A DNA stretch of 43,566 nt from Prorocentrum cordatum (Eukaryota), in the NCBI GenBank assembly GCA_963575745.1, contig CAUYUJ010000237.1:620001-663566 (forward strand). The letters run 5' to 3'. A program made the position numbers and the translations under genes. The notes under the pieces are model-generated. The model ran no database searches. It had not been told where the DNA came from and saw only the letters and a program-made list of their open reading frames with translations. Every line of letters starts with the position of its first letter. Position 1 is the stretch's first letter. Positions 1 to 10,384 of the stretch are shown one piece after another.

Positions 1-351
1 AGAGAAGCGCAATCGTGAATGGATTTGGTGATGGGGAGGAGGTGGTGGCAGAGGGAGCATGCTGGATCCTGGGGAGGGGGAGGGGAGAGGGAGGAGGCAG
101 ATGAGGCGGGGCAGGGAAGTGGGGAACGGGGGAGGAGGAGGGGCAGGACGAGATGTGGAGGCTGGATGCGGGAGGCAGGATGAGAAGGAGGAGGGAGAGG
201 AAGGAGGATTTGGTGGACGAGGACCTGGGTGAACCACATGAGCACCACGGATGCCACCATGCACCCTCCCGTCCCAAGTCCCTTCCTCATCGGTCCTTTA
301 CAGGCCATCCTTTTCACTACAAGAGGCGTCCCCGAATCAACCAGCACCCTA

Positions 352-504
352 CAGTCGGCCCGGATTAGTAGGTCGACCCTGCCAAATCGAGGGTACCCTT
401 GTGTCCTGTGTCTCGCGACCTGTGCCTCCTGCATGCCTACGGCGGTGTGGCTCTCGCAAGGGTCTCGTGTCCTCTCGCGTGTCCTGTCCAATCAAGGCCG
501 ACTG
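352..504. mobile_element. TA-TSD MITE, family A copy 1 (Tc1/mariner-like termini)
   Basis: TA|CAGTCGGCC...GGCCGACTG|TA, about 22-bp imperfect TIR, internal AGGGTACCCT palindrome. Inserted between two copies of GGCGTCCCCGAA(T/G)CAACCAGCACCC (325-349, 512-536). Confidence 0.8.
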
Positions 505-1721
505 TAGACGCGGCGTCCCCGAAGCAACCAGCACCCTGTGTGCTTGCCCTTCGGGCGCGAGCCTTGCCTTGAACAGAACCGCCGCGCACGGTGCGCGCAC
601 TTGCACGGTGCTGCTCTGAAAAGAACTCGCCAAAATGCTCCCTTGCGAGGGCGACGCGAACGTTCGCGAGGACGGCCGGCCTTTTCGGCGGCCGACGCAC
701 GGGCGGCGCACGGGCGACGAATGCGCGACGCAACCCTTGTCGCGAAGGGGGGGTGTCAGCACGCCGGTCGTGTTACTGGGCCTCAGCACGCGCACCCTTG
801 CAGGAAGTCGGGCGGAGGTCGGCACGGCATGAGCACACGGTTCTCAATTGAGGCTTTAAAGGACTTCCGCCGCCCGTGTGGCTGCTGCAACACCTTTTCG
901 CCACTACGCGCCGGTCGTCGAAAGTAGGTGTTTTTGGATGCCCAGATCCCAGTCCACCTCAAGCGCCTTCAGGCAGGGCAAGCCTACTCTGGGGTTGTCC
1001 GGGGTTGTCCGGGCTGCCTACTCTGTGCGGCCTCCAGGTAGGGGCAAGCCAGCATTTCAAGCTCGACAGCGCAGACCTGGCAGATAATTGCACGCACTCG
1101 GCGGACGTGCTGATGTGTCTTCCGCCTAGGGCAACCTCCCTGGCGCGCGCGTCAGCCGGGCTGTAGAGTCACTGTCGGGTTCCACGTTTCGCGGATCCTT
1201 GTGGCATGACCCAGCGAGCACATTTGCGGGATTCACCCGTGCCGCCCTTGTTTGATCGTGATAGTTGGCGCGCGTCGGTATACGGCATTTCACTTCTCAG
1301 CTAGAGCTTGCTTTAGCGAGACCAAGCAGCTCCTATGGATGTCTGACTTGTGATCGGACGTTCTTTTGATGTATGCGGCGAATGCCTTGTTATGTCGGGG
1401 GTTGTTTCCCGCGATGAACGCGGTCGGTTCGACAAAAAAAGAATATACTTCAAGCGCCTATGCTTCTGCTGTTCTTTGTTGTTCTCTGCGAGGGCACGAA
1501 CCCAATCGACATTATCCGCTGTCCTACTTCGTGTTTTTATCTGCTACGCCCGGCCGGCGTGTATGGCGGCTGTCTTCGAGGAAGTCTCCCAGGTCACGCC
1601 TCGTTTTTTAGTTGACAGGGGACCGCCCTCCGTCCGTGCAGGCGCTACATCTGCTCAAGTTTTTTTTTTCCCCCTTTTTCTGTTTTGCTCGAAGACGCCT
1701 CTCGTGCGAGGCGTCGTGTGT

Positions 1722-1930
1722 CGGCGGCGAGCCCTGGGGGGCGTGGGGGGAGCGAGAGGGGCGGGCCTTCTCAACAGAATGCTCAGAACCCCCCCCGGCC
1801 TTCTGAGGACTTGTCGAAACCTTCCCCGAAGACACTGTCGCTTTCTTAGAAGGTGCGGAAGCTTTCGAGAAGTCCTGCCGCCCTCTGAGAAGGCCTTCCC
1901 TTTCTCACTCCCCCCCTTCTCTCGCCGCCG
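1722..1930. mobile_element. Foldback/MITE-like element, family B copy 1
   Basis: Termini CGGCGGCGAG...CTCGCCGCCG, inner GGCCTTCTCA...TGAGAAGGCC. Homologous to 4870-5070 and 9751-9945. Confidence 0.75.
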
Positions 1931-1972
1931 AATGTTGAGAAGAACCGTCCTCCATCTCTTGAGCGATACAAG

Positions 1973-2400
1973 TTTTTAGAACGAATGTGCGCGGCGCTTG
2001 GGCGAGTGCGCCATTTTGAAATCGCCACCCTACATCCTTATAGTTGGTGCACACGTTTAGTACGTATGTGCGCGGCGTGAAGTCGAGAACTCAATTTTGA
2101 AACCGCCTTGTGCTCCACCCCTGAGGCAAGCTTATGAACGGGCGCGGCGCAGGGGCGATTTCCTCACTTAGAACATGACCTCCTCCATTATTGAACATGC
2201 TGCGCACTTTGAAGACGAATGTGCGCGGCGCAGGGGCGAGAGCCTTATTTTGAAACCACCCCTATCCACCCGGGTAACTGATGCAAGCTGCAAGCTTCAG
2301 GATTAGAAGTGGTGAATTCTCGAGCGAAATGCCCGGTTCGCCTTGCCGACACCTCTGTGGGTGCGATGTGGAGGTGCTAGTGAAAAGAAATGGAGCAGGA
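1973..2400 (+). repeat. 3' part of the composite 73/83-bp-array element (4 degenerate ~83-bp units plus conserved tail)
   Basis: ACGAATGTGCGCGGCGC...GGCGAGAGCC...TTTTGAAA-type units at 1981, 2062, 2134, 2215. Tail AAGCTTCAG...TGGTGA...GCGAAA matches 40531-40585 and 30231-30286. Confidence 0.75.
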
Positions 2401-2440
2401 AGCGGAAGACGAGGGAGGAGGAGGAGGAGGAGGAGGAGGA

Positions 2441-2800
2441 CCAGTGTAAACCCAAGAGTCATCAACGATGTTGGATTTAACCCTCCCTCCAGTCTCTCTT
2501 ATCGTAGGCCCCATACAACGGCTCATTTCCATTGGAGGAACTGCTTCGTTGGAAGGCAACAGTTTGAATATCCTGAAACGTGCCCAAACATTGTTCTCGG
2601 GATTCCAACGCCACGTATCAACCTGACTGCTGCACCTTGACGGTCCAGAATCGTGCCAGAACGCCACTTTGGGATTTCAACGCAGCGAATCAACAGAACT
2701 GCTGCGCCCGCATAATCCTGAATCCTTCCAAAGCGCTGTTTCTGGTACGCTGACCATGAGAATCCGTGACATTCCTGGATTTGTTTCAAGAATACCTTGT
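2441..2800 (+). repeat. 5' part of the composite element (head plus ~73-bp units)
   Basis: (GAG)n then CCAGTGTAAACCCAAGAGTCATCAACGATGTTGGA, near-identical to 39522 onward. GGGATT(C/T)CAACGC units at 2599 and 2671. Confidence 0.8.
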
Positions 2801-3000
2801 GACAGACCAGACCCTTTGTATACATGTCGCGATTCTACTCAGGACCACCCAATGCTGACTGGCATTCTGAAGGACCCGCAGTGCGCAAGAAGAACACCCA
2901 GCAGTGATTTCAGAAGAGCGCATCAAGAAGAGGAACGGCAACTATACAAAATGGAACACAGGGGCGTTGAAATAAACGCGCCCAAAAAGTGAACACAAAA

Positions 3001-4350
3001 GGGCCTCCCAGGAGCCCACGAACGTGGCGACAGTTGCGCAGATCGCAAGCCCCCCAGCGGGCGGTGAGGTCCCGAGGTGGTCCGCGTGGGACGTACCTCC
3101 GCTGGGCCTCCCAGGAGCCCACGAAAGTGGCGACAGTTGCGCAGATCGCAAGCCCCCCCAGGGGGCGGCGAGGCACGGAGGTGGTCCGCGTGGGACGTAC
3201 CTCCGCTGGGCCTCCCAGGGGCCCACGAAAGTGGCGACAGTTGCGCAGATCGCAAGCCCCCCAGCGGGCGGTGAGGTCCCGAGGTGGTCCGCGTGGGACG
3301 TACCTCCGCTGGGCCTCCCAGGAGCCCGCGAAAGTGACGACAGTTGCGCAGATCGCAAGCTCCCCAGGGGGCGGTGAGGTCCCGAGGTGGTCCGCGTGGG
3401 ACGTACCTCCGCTGGGCCTCCCAGGAGCCCACGAAAGTGGCGACAGTTGCGCAGATCGCATGCCCCCCAGGGGGCGGCGAGGTACCGAGGTGGTCCGCGT
3501 GGGACGTACCTCCGCTGGGCCTCCCAGGAGCCCGCGAAAGTTGCGACAGTTGCGCAGATCGCAAGCTCCCCAGGGGGCGGCGAGGTACGAGGTTCGGCGT
3601 GGGACCTCCGCTGGGCCTCCCAGGAGCCCACGAAAGCGGCACGGTTGCGCAGATCGCAAGAAAGGGGGCGGCGAGGTACGGAGGGTTCCGCGTGAGAAGT
3701 ACCTCCGCTGGGCCTCCCAGGAGCCCACGAAAGTGGCGACAGTTGCGCAGATCGCAACCAGGGGGCGGCGAGGCACGGAGGTGGTCCGCGTGGGACGTAC
3801 CTCCGCTGGGCCTCCCAGGAGCCCACGAAAGTGGCGACAATTGCGCAGATCGCAAGCCCCCCAGGGGGCGGCGAGGTCCCGAGGTGGTCCGCGTGGGACG
3901 TACCTCCGCTGGGCCTCCCAGGAGCCCACGAAAGTGGCGCGTGGCGCAGCCTGCGCAGAGCCCCCCCCAGGGGGCGGCGAGGTCCCGAGGTGGCCGCGCG
4001 TGGGACGTACCATCCGCTGGGCCTCCTAGGAACCCCACAGAACTGGCGACAGTTGCGCAGATCGCAAGCCCCCCAGGGGGCGGCGAGGTACCGAGGTGGT
4101 CCGCGTGGGACATACCTCCGCTGGGCCTCTCAGGAGCCCACGAAAGTGGCGACAGCTGCGCAGATTGCAAGTCCCCCAGGGGGCGGCGAGGTACGGAGGT
4201 GGTCCGCGTTGGACGTACCTCCGCTGGGCCTTCCAGGAGCCAACGAAAGTGGCGACACTTGCGCAGATCGCAAGCCCCCCAGGGGGCGGCGAGGTACCGA
4301 GGTGGTCCGCGTGGGGCGTACCCCCGCTGGGCCTCCCAGGAGCCCACGAA
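3001..4350. repeat. ~103-bp satellite array, 13 units plus a partial unit
   Basis: GGGCCTCCCAGGAGCCCACGAAAGTGGCGACAGTTGCGCAGATCGCAAGC... restarts at 3001, 3104, 3208, 3311, 3414, 3517, 3613, 3710, 3808, 3911, 4019, 4123, 4226, 4329. Confidence 0.97.
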
Positions 4351-4869
4351 ATTGAGGGAGGAGTTATCTACAAGGAGAAGGAATCGAGGAAGAGGAGGAG
4401 GAGGAGACAGAGTACGACGATGAGTAGGGGGGGGATGACGAGAAGGTAGGAAGACAAGGACGATGAGGGGGGATGGGAGGGGGTGTGAGTCACGACGTCG
4501 GGGGCCTGGGACTCAGACCTCCAACACATGGATGTTCTTGCCACGTGGCCCCCCAGACCTCTCGTCATCCCCTGTGGCTGGTTTTCAGCCGCGCGTCGTT
4601 TTCTCATGGGATCTCTCCACTTGTTGTTCAGGACGCCCGCAGCAGAGGATAAGGGGAGGACACGGAGCGCAGCCGAGGACACAATGCCGTGCGAGGACGA
4701 GATTACAACAACACTCTTGGTGAGGACCGGGGAGGACACCCCTCCTCTGCGACGCCACAACTGTTTTGCAGCCTGGCCCCCGAGGGGCTTTGGGCACCTC
4801 ATCACGAATTGCTGTCTCGACTTCCACCGGGCCTGAGACAGGCTTGCAGGGGCCTGAGTTGAGGAAAAG

Positions 4870-5070
4870 CGGCGGTCGCGATTTTCCCGTGGAGTGAGAT
4901 GGAGGAGGCCTTCCCAGAAGGCGGCGGGACTTCTCAGAAGCCCTCGCGCCTTCCGAGAAGTTTGTTGTGCCTTTGGGGAAGCCTTAGGCAACTTCTCAGA
5001 AGGCCTGGGGATTTCCGAGCCTTCTGAGAAGGCCCGCTCCCTCTCACTCCCCCCCCAGGACTCGCCGCCG
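4870..5070. mobile_element. Foldback element family B copy 2 (opposite orientation)
   Basis: Core 4905-5040 is the reverse complement of the 9780-9920 core. Ends in CTCGCCGCCG. Confidence 0.75.
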
Positions 5071-5164
5071 ATTGTTGGCCACTGCTGTTCGTCTCTAAGC
5101 TCTCCTTGGGAACTGCTGGAGTCCTCTTGGGGCCCCCTTTTGTGGACCAGGCCGACAACCCCGC

Positions 5165-5350
5165 ACCTCAGACCCCCGACGTCGTCTTTTTTTCTACAAC
5201 GTGGCCCCCCAGAGGTCTGGACCCCTTCCCCGGGACTGACTTTCCGTCCCGAGTCGCCTTTTGGTCGTCCCGTCGCCCCGTAAGGAGCCCCCCCGAGGCC
5301 GAGCGCAGCGAGGACACTTCCCGCCGCGCACTCCTCGGAACGCGGAGGGG
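5165..5350 (+). repeat. Dispersed repeat family C (CGACGTCG hairpin family)
   Basis: AGACCCCCGACGTCG...CCCCCAGAGGTCT...TTTCC.TCCCGAGTCG...TCCCGCCGC matches 11135-11313 and the reverse complement of 7328-7627. Confidence 0.7.
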
Positions 5351-5700
5351 GTCTGAGCCCGCGGGCCCCGCTTCTCGCAGGCGCTGTCTCTATACTAACC
5401 CCCGGGCTTTTCAACGGAGGGTGCAGCGGCCAAGAAAAGGCGGGGGACCTTGGGATACACCCTCAGGGGGGCTCCTCGGCCGCACCCCTACCGAGGATGG
5501 GCGCCCCCCTCGTGCATTCCCAAGGTTGGGCCCCCCAAAACTTTGGTCCATTCGAAGGCCTCCCAGAGCCTGGGATGGGGGTCGACATATCCCCTTTTAT
5601 CTTCTGCACTCTCCGGGCTTCTCTTGGGTCCCCCCCTCCCTGGGTTCGCCGCCGAGACTACCACCGCAGCCACGGGCGGCGGCGAGGGGGGGCCCGCCCG

Positions 5701-6233
5701 GGCGGCGACGACGACGACAACGGCGGCGGCGGCGGCGACGACGGCGACGACGGCGGCAACGACGACAACGGCGGCGGCGGCGACGGCGACGACGACGACG
5801 GCGGCGACGACGACGGTGGCGGCGGCGGCGGCGACGACGGCGGCGACGGCGACGAAGCCCCGCCGCCGCAGCCCACCTGCCCAGGCGAGCGACGAGGCCC
5901 CTGCGGAGGCGGAGGGCCCGGGCCGCGGGGCCAAGAGCCCAGGCCCGGGGGGTGGTGGTGGCAGGGAGGATGTGGTGGGCGGCGAGGGGAGTCGGGGGCG
6001 GCAAAGAGGGGGGCGCCTCCTCCTCCTCCTCCTCCCCTCCTCCATCCTCCTCCTCCTCCTCCCCCTCCTCCTCTCCCCCCTCCTCCTCTCCTCCTCCTCC
6101 TCCTCCTCCTCCTCCTACTCCTCCTCCTCCTCACCCTCCGTCCCTCCTCCCCTCCCTCTCCTCCTCCTCCTCCTCCCCCTCCTCCTCCTCCTCCATCTCC
6201 TCCTGCTCCTCCTCCTCCTCCTCCTCCTCCTCC
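5701..6233. repeat. (GGC/GAC)n and (CCT)n microsatellites
   Basis: Direct reading: 5701-5852 and 6017-6233. Confidence 0.95.
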
Positions 6234-6562
6234 TTAACTTCCCACTCGATATCATGGCGGGGGCCATGGTATCTCTTAAAATCCACTGCCCCTCTGTTCT
6301 GAGGCAGTTGTATAGGAGGAGATACAGAGGACAGAGTGTTTACACAGTTTGGAGGAATTCGTGCATTCAGTATGGGTCGGGCTTGAAGTGCCTCGAAGAA
6401 GCGCCCGAATTGCAAGCATCGGAGGTGAGGGGGTGAGATCGAAGTGGAACGGAGAGCCCCCCTACCGGGAAATCGATTTCGGTTTCGTGTTCGTGCGTGC
6501 CGTGCGTGCGGGCGAGGCGAAGCTGCGTGGGCGGGCGAGAAGAAAGTCTCCTGTGGCTGACG

Positions 6563-6723
6563 GCGCGGCCGAGACCAAATGATCCCGGCTGGTCGGCGGT
6601 GGCGCGCGTTGTCCCTCCGGTGTCCCGCCGCGTTCCCGTGTTGGCTGAGGCGCGGCCGGACCAAATGATTCTCCCCCGGGCGGCCGGTGGCGCGCGGTGT
6701 CCCTCCGGTGTCCCGCCGGTGTC
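6563..6723. repeat. ~88-bp tandem repeat running into the gap
   Basis: CGCGGCCG(A)GACCAAATGAT...GGTGGCGCGCG.TGTCCCTCCGGTGTCCCGCCG occurs twice before the Ns. Confidence 0.8.
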
Positions 6724-6823
6724 NNNNNNNNNNNNNNNNNNNNNNNNNNNNNNNNNNNNNNNNNNNNNNNNNNNNNNNNNNNNNNNNNNNNNNNNNNNNN
6801 NNNNNNNNNNNNNNNNNNNNNNN
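6724..6823. other. Assembly gap (100 N)
   Basis: Exactly 100 Ns; true size and contiguity unknown. Confidence 1.
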
Positions 6824-7064
6824 TCCTCCTCCTTTTCCTCCTCCTCCTCCTCCTCCTCCTCCTCCTCCTCCTCCTCCTCCTCGCGGGACCCCGAGACCGC
6901 CCAGAGACAAAACTTGGGAGGAGAGGCGGGCCCCAGGCGAGAGGCGCCGACCTCCTGCCGGGGGGGTCCACGCCGAGTGCACAAACGCACGACGCGGGGA
7001 GGTCTGGGATGCGCGCCGCGGCGGCCGGCGCCCTGGGCGAGCTGGCCGGCAACGGCGGCGAGCA

Positions 7065-7271
7065 GGACGCCCGAAATGGGTACTGAAAGAATGGGTACTA
7101 TGCCCAACAGCGGATCTTGTTCATTTTGAACAGGATCCGCTGTCCACGCCGCCGCGGCCTGTGTCCATTCGAGACAGAAGGCCGCCTGCCAAACAGCGGC
7201 CGCTGTTGGTTCGGGACAACATTTGTTGTTGGGCATGTTGCCCATTCTTTCGGTACCCATTTCGGGTGTCC
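7065..7271. mobile_element. MITE-like element with ~47-bp TIRs
   Basis: GGACGCCCGAAATGGGTACTGAAAGAATGGG...ATGCCCAACA versus TGTTGGGCAT...CCCATTCTTTCGGTACCCATTTCGGGTGTCC. No clear TSD. Confidence 0.75.
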
Positions 7272-7327
7272 AAACAGGAGGGGGCCGCGAAGAGCAGACG
7301 GCTTCTGGAGTTCTCTCTTCCCCCCCT

Positions 7328-7705
7328 TCGCGTCGTGAAGAAAACTTGCGGCGGGAGGTCTTTCTTCCCCAATTGCGGCCTCCGGGGGCCTTTCCTGGGC
7401 CTCGGGACTGCCAAATGAACGGCTCAGGAGGAGGAGAAGCCGGTCCCGGGGAAGGGGTCCAGATCTCTTCAGCCACGCGCAGGGGGGGGTGGGGGGAGGG
7501 GGGAGGGCTTCTTGGAAGCACCCCTGCCTCTAAGAAGCCCTCCCCCGTCCCCCTACCCCCTTTGTGTGCGCCGCCAATATCTGGGGGTCGACGTCGTGAA
7601 CAACAATCACGACGTCGGGGGTTTGGGCCCGGGGGCCGTTCCCGGGCCCCGGGGCCGTCGGTCCAGAGAAGCTGCTCGGGATGGAGAGCTGGCCCCCGGG
7701 GAAGG
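7328..7705 (-). repeat. Family C copy (reverse) with ~110-bp insertion, plus a partial second copy
   Basis: Reverse complement of 11135-11313, interrupted at about 7468-7578. Perfect 11-bp hairpin at 7589-7617. Confidence 0.7.
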
Positions 7706-8177
7706 CTCCCGCCAGGAGGGACAAAAAACGCACAGACGGACGCAAGCTGATGCGGCGGTCCTCCGGAAAATAGGGGGGCAAGAGGAGAGGTGGACGGGAA
7801 GGCGGGGGAACATCCAGAAAATATCTGGGCCTCTGGGGGGCCCCAGGATCTGCTTTCATGTCTTTGAGAGCGTGAATTGCCTACCCCGCTTTCGCTTCCA
7901 GGCAAAACCAAGCCATACCACGCGCTTCCTCGTCAAGCGGCCTGACCAGTACAGGCCGTAGTTTGGCATCGCTATCTCTTGGAAGCGAGGGTGGTCAAAA
8001 GCGAGGTAGGTTGTTTGCCCCCTAATTCTTTGTGTGTCCTTGGGCCCGGGGTTCCCTTGGTGGGCCGATTCCCCCCGCCCCCCGCCGGCACTGAAGGCCA
8101 GGGGTCGCGGACCCACTTCACGTAATGGAGGATGACGATTAATAAATGACCGGGGGTCGTGTTCACGCGGCGGCGCC

Positions 8178-8320
8178 CGGGATGACGATTAGAAAAAGCC
8201 GGCCGCGGGCTGGAAAACTATTTTTTTATCGTTGTCCTCCAGTCAGAAAATTGTGCAGACATAGCAGAAAACTATGTTTTGTAATCGTTCCCTCCCATTT
8301 TTTTATCAATCGTCATCCCG
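8178..8320. mobile_element. Small AT-rich element with 13-bp perfect inverted termini
   Basis: CGGGATGACGATT (8178-8190) and AATCGTCATCCCG (8308-8320). Confidence 0.5.
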
Positions 8321-8684
8321 CATTAAGTGCTCTGCTGGGCGTGGCGGGCGCTCCAGGTCTGTAGCGGCGCTGGTGGAATCTGCTTCGGAGGAGGGGAAGG
8401 CACCCACTTCCGCTACCCTTCCCTCGTTCCCCCCATCTCGGGCCTCCTCCGGAAACCCTCGGCGCCACAGCAGCTGCCCTCGCCTCGAGGTTTTCCTCCA
8501 AGGAGAGGCCCCTAATTATAGAGAGCAGCGGCCTCTGGTTCCCTGGTGCTGCCAGGACCCCATTATGAGGCCAGGAGGGGCCCCTATTATGAGGCCCCTG
8601 GTTCCCCAGTGCTGCCAGGACGTTTGGCCTGGCGTGCCGCACTGCCGGCTTTGGCCCACCACGCTCTGGAGCGACGCGCTGTCC

Positions 8685-8856
8685 AGGAGGGAGGAGGAGT
8701 AGGAGGAGGAGGAGGAGGAGGAAGAGGAGGAGGAGGAGACGGAGGAGGAGGAGGAGGAGGAGGAGGAGGAAACGGAGGAGGAGGAGGAGGAGGAGGAGGA
8801 GGAGGAAACGGAGGAGGAGGAGGAGGAGGAGGAGGAGGAGGAGGAAACGGAGGAGG
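8685..8856. repeat. (GAG)n tract with recurring GAAACG/GAGACG interruptions
   Basis: Direct reading. Confidence 0.95.
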
Positions 8857-8961
8857 CCTTGCCTGGCCTCCCGCCCCGCGGAGCGGAGCGACGAGCCGTG
8901 CCCGCTCGCATGAGGCAGAGCGCGCCGCCGATCCGGAAACGATATACTACAAGATGAGTAT

Positions 8962-9092
8962 CTTGGCATCGCTCGGACGTGTGCATTTTTCCTTCGGCGA
9001 GGACCATCGAGGAGCATCCTTGATCATTTGGCGAAGAAACCACGCACGAAACCGAAAAAAACACAGGGAATGGACGTCCGAGCGATGGCCAG
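8962..9092. mobile_element. 131-bp MITE family D copy 1, 4-bp TSD GTAT
   Basis: GTAT|CTTGGCATCGCTCGGACGT...ACGTCCGAGCGATGGCCAG|GTAT. Same length as and highly similar to 34607-34737. Confidence 0.9.
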
Positions 9093-9430
9093 GTATACTA
9101 CATGTTCGGGTCGGACGCGCGTCTCCAAGGAGGACATATAGTATTAGTACGGCCGTGTGCGTCCCATACCTCCATCCCCACTGGGCCAGGGCACCTCGGC
9201 CCCCCCAACCCGCCCCTTCAGGTGGGGATGGCCCCACGAGGCCCAGAGGAGCAAGCGTATGTGATCCAGGGCTCTGTGCCCCTCCCGCCGCCCTCCTGCT
9301 GATGCCGTCGGCCCCCCCTCCCCGCGGTGGGTGCGCCCCTCCCCCCCCCTGTGGTCGTGGCCCTGAGGGCGTGGCGTGGGGGGGTGCCGGTACCCCCCCT
9401 GTGTTGGTGCGGGGTGGTGCTGCGGTGCCT

Positions 9431-9441
9431 TCGTCGTCGTT

Positions 9442-9484
<43 letters not shown>

Positions 9485-9522
9485 TCGTGGTCGTCGTCGT
9501 CGTCGTCGTGGTTGTCGTCCCT

Positions 9523-9572
<50 letters not shown>
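9431..9572. repeat. (GTC)n microsatellite
   Basis: Direct reading. Confidence 0.95.
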
Positions 9573-9573
<1 letters not shown>

Positions 9574-9750
9574 TTCCTCCGCCCCCCCGTCCCATCTCCA
9601 GGGGGTTGGAGGCGAGGAACCCTGTGACCCATCACATCTAGGAAGGGAGGCCTGTGAACCCTCGACCAGGGATCGTGTATCCCCACCCAGGCTGGGAAGT
9701 CGGCCCGTGGGGCCAACTTCCCGTCCGTTTTTCGTGTCAATGGCTGTGTT

Positions 9751-9945
9751 CGGCGGCGAGTGAGGGGGGGCAGTGAGAAGGGGCGGGCCTTCTCAGAGGG
9801 CTCGGACGTCCCCGGCCTCCCGATGAGTCTTCTAAGCCTCCCCCGAAGTCAAACAACTTTTCAGAAGGCGCGAGGGCTTCCGAGAAGTCCCGCCGCCTTC
9901 TGAGAGGGCCTTCTCCTTCTCAGTTCCCACCCTCGCTCGCCGCCG
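9751..9945. mobile_element. Foldback element family B copy 3
   Basis: CGGCGGCGAG...GGCCTTCTCAG...CTGAGAGGGCC...CTCGCCGCCG. Confidence 0.75.
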
Positions 9946-10077
9946 ATGTGTGTACACAGGGCCCTCGAGGGTCAGCGGATACTCTGGCTGGTCTCTCCCA
10001 AGAGGGCAGCACATCCTCCGAGGGCAGTCCAGGCCTCAAGTAGGCGTTCGTCGGCCCGAGCTCAAGGAGGGAAAGGC

Positions 10078-10212
10078 GAGGAGGAGGAGGAGGAGGAGGA
10101 GGAGGAGGAGGAGGAGGAGGAGGAGGAGGAGGAGGAGGAGGAGGAGGAGGAGGAGGAGGAGGAGGAGGAGGAGGAGGAGGAGGAGGAGGAGGAGGAGGAG
10201 GAGGAGGAGGAG
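10078..10212. repeat. Perfect (GAG)n tract, 135 bp
   Basis: Uninterrupted GAG run. Confidence 0.98.
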
Positions 10213-10384
10213 TAGGTCGACGTGCGTTGCTGATCCGTTGTGAGATGAAAACAAATTATCCCTTCCTGGTCGGCAGGAGTGCGTCGACATCCTCGCGGCT
10301 GGCGCCGCGGTCCCACTGCTGGAGCTGCTGTCGGCGGCCCGCGCGGAGGACCGCCGGGTGGCCGCGGAGGCGCTGGGCCACCTG

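Noticed and set aside
1803..1835. CTGAGGA-CTTGTC-GAAAC resembling a minimal hammerhead core
   Set aside because: Stem II closing pair is C-C, there is no stem I pairing, and the core is not conserved in the other two family B copies.
3001..4350. Possible CRISPR-like array, or coding repeat ORFs
   Set aside because: Whole units repeat with no unique spacers. A 103-bp unit is not a multiple of 3 and ORFs appear in all frames.
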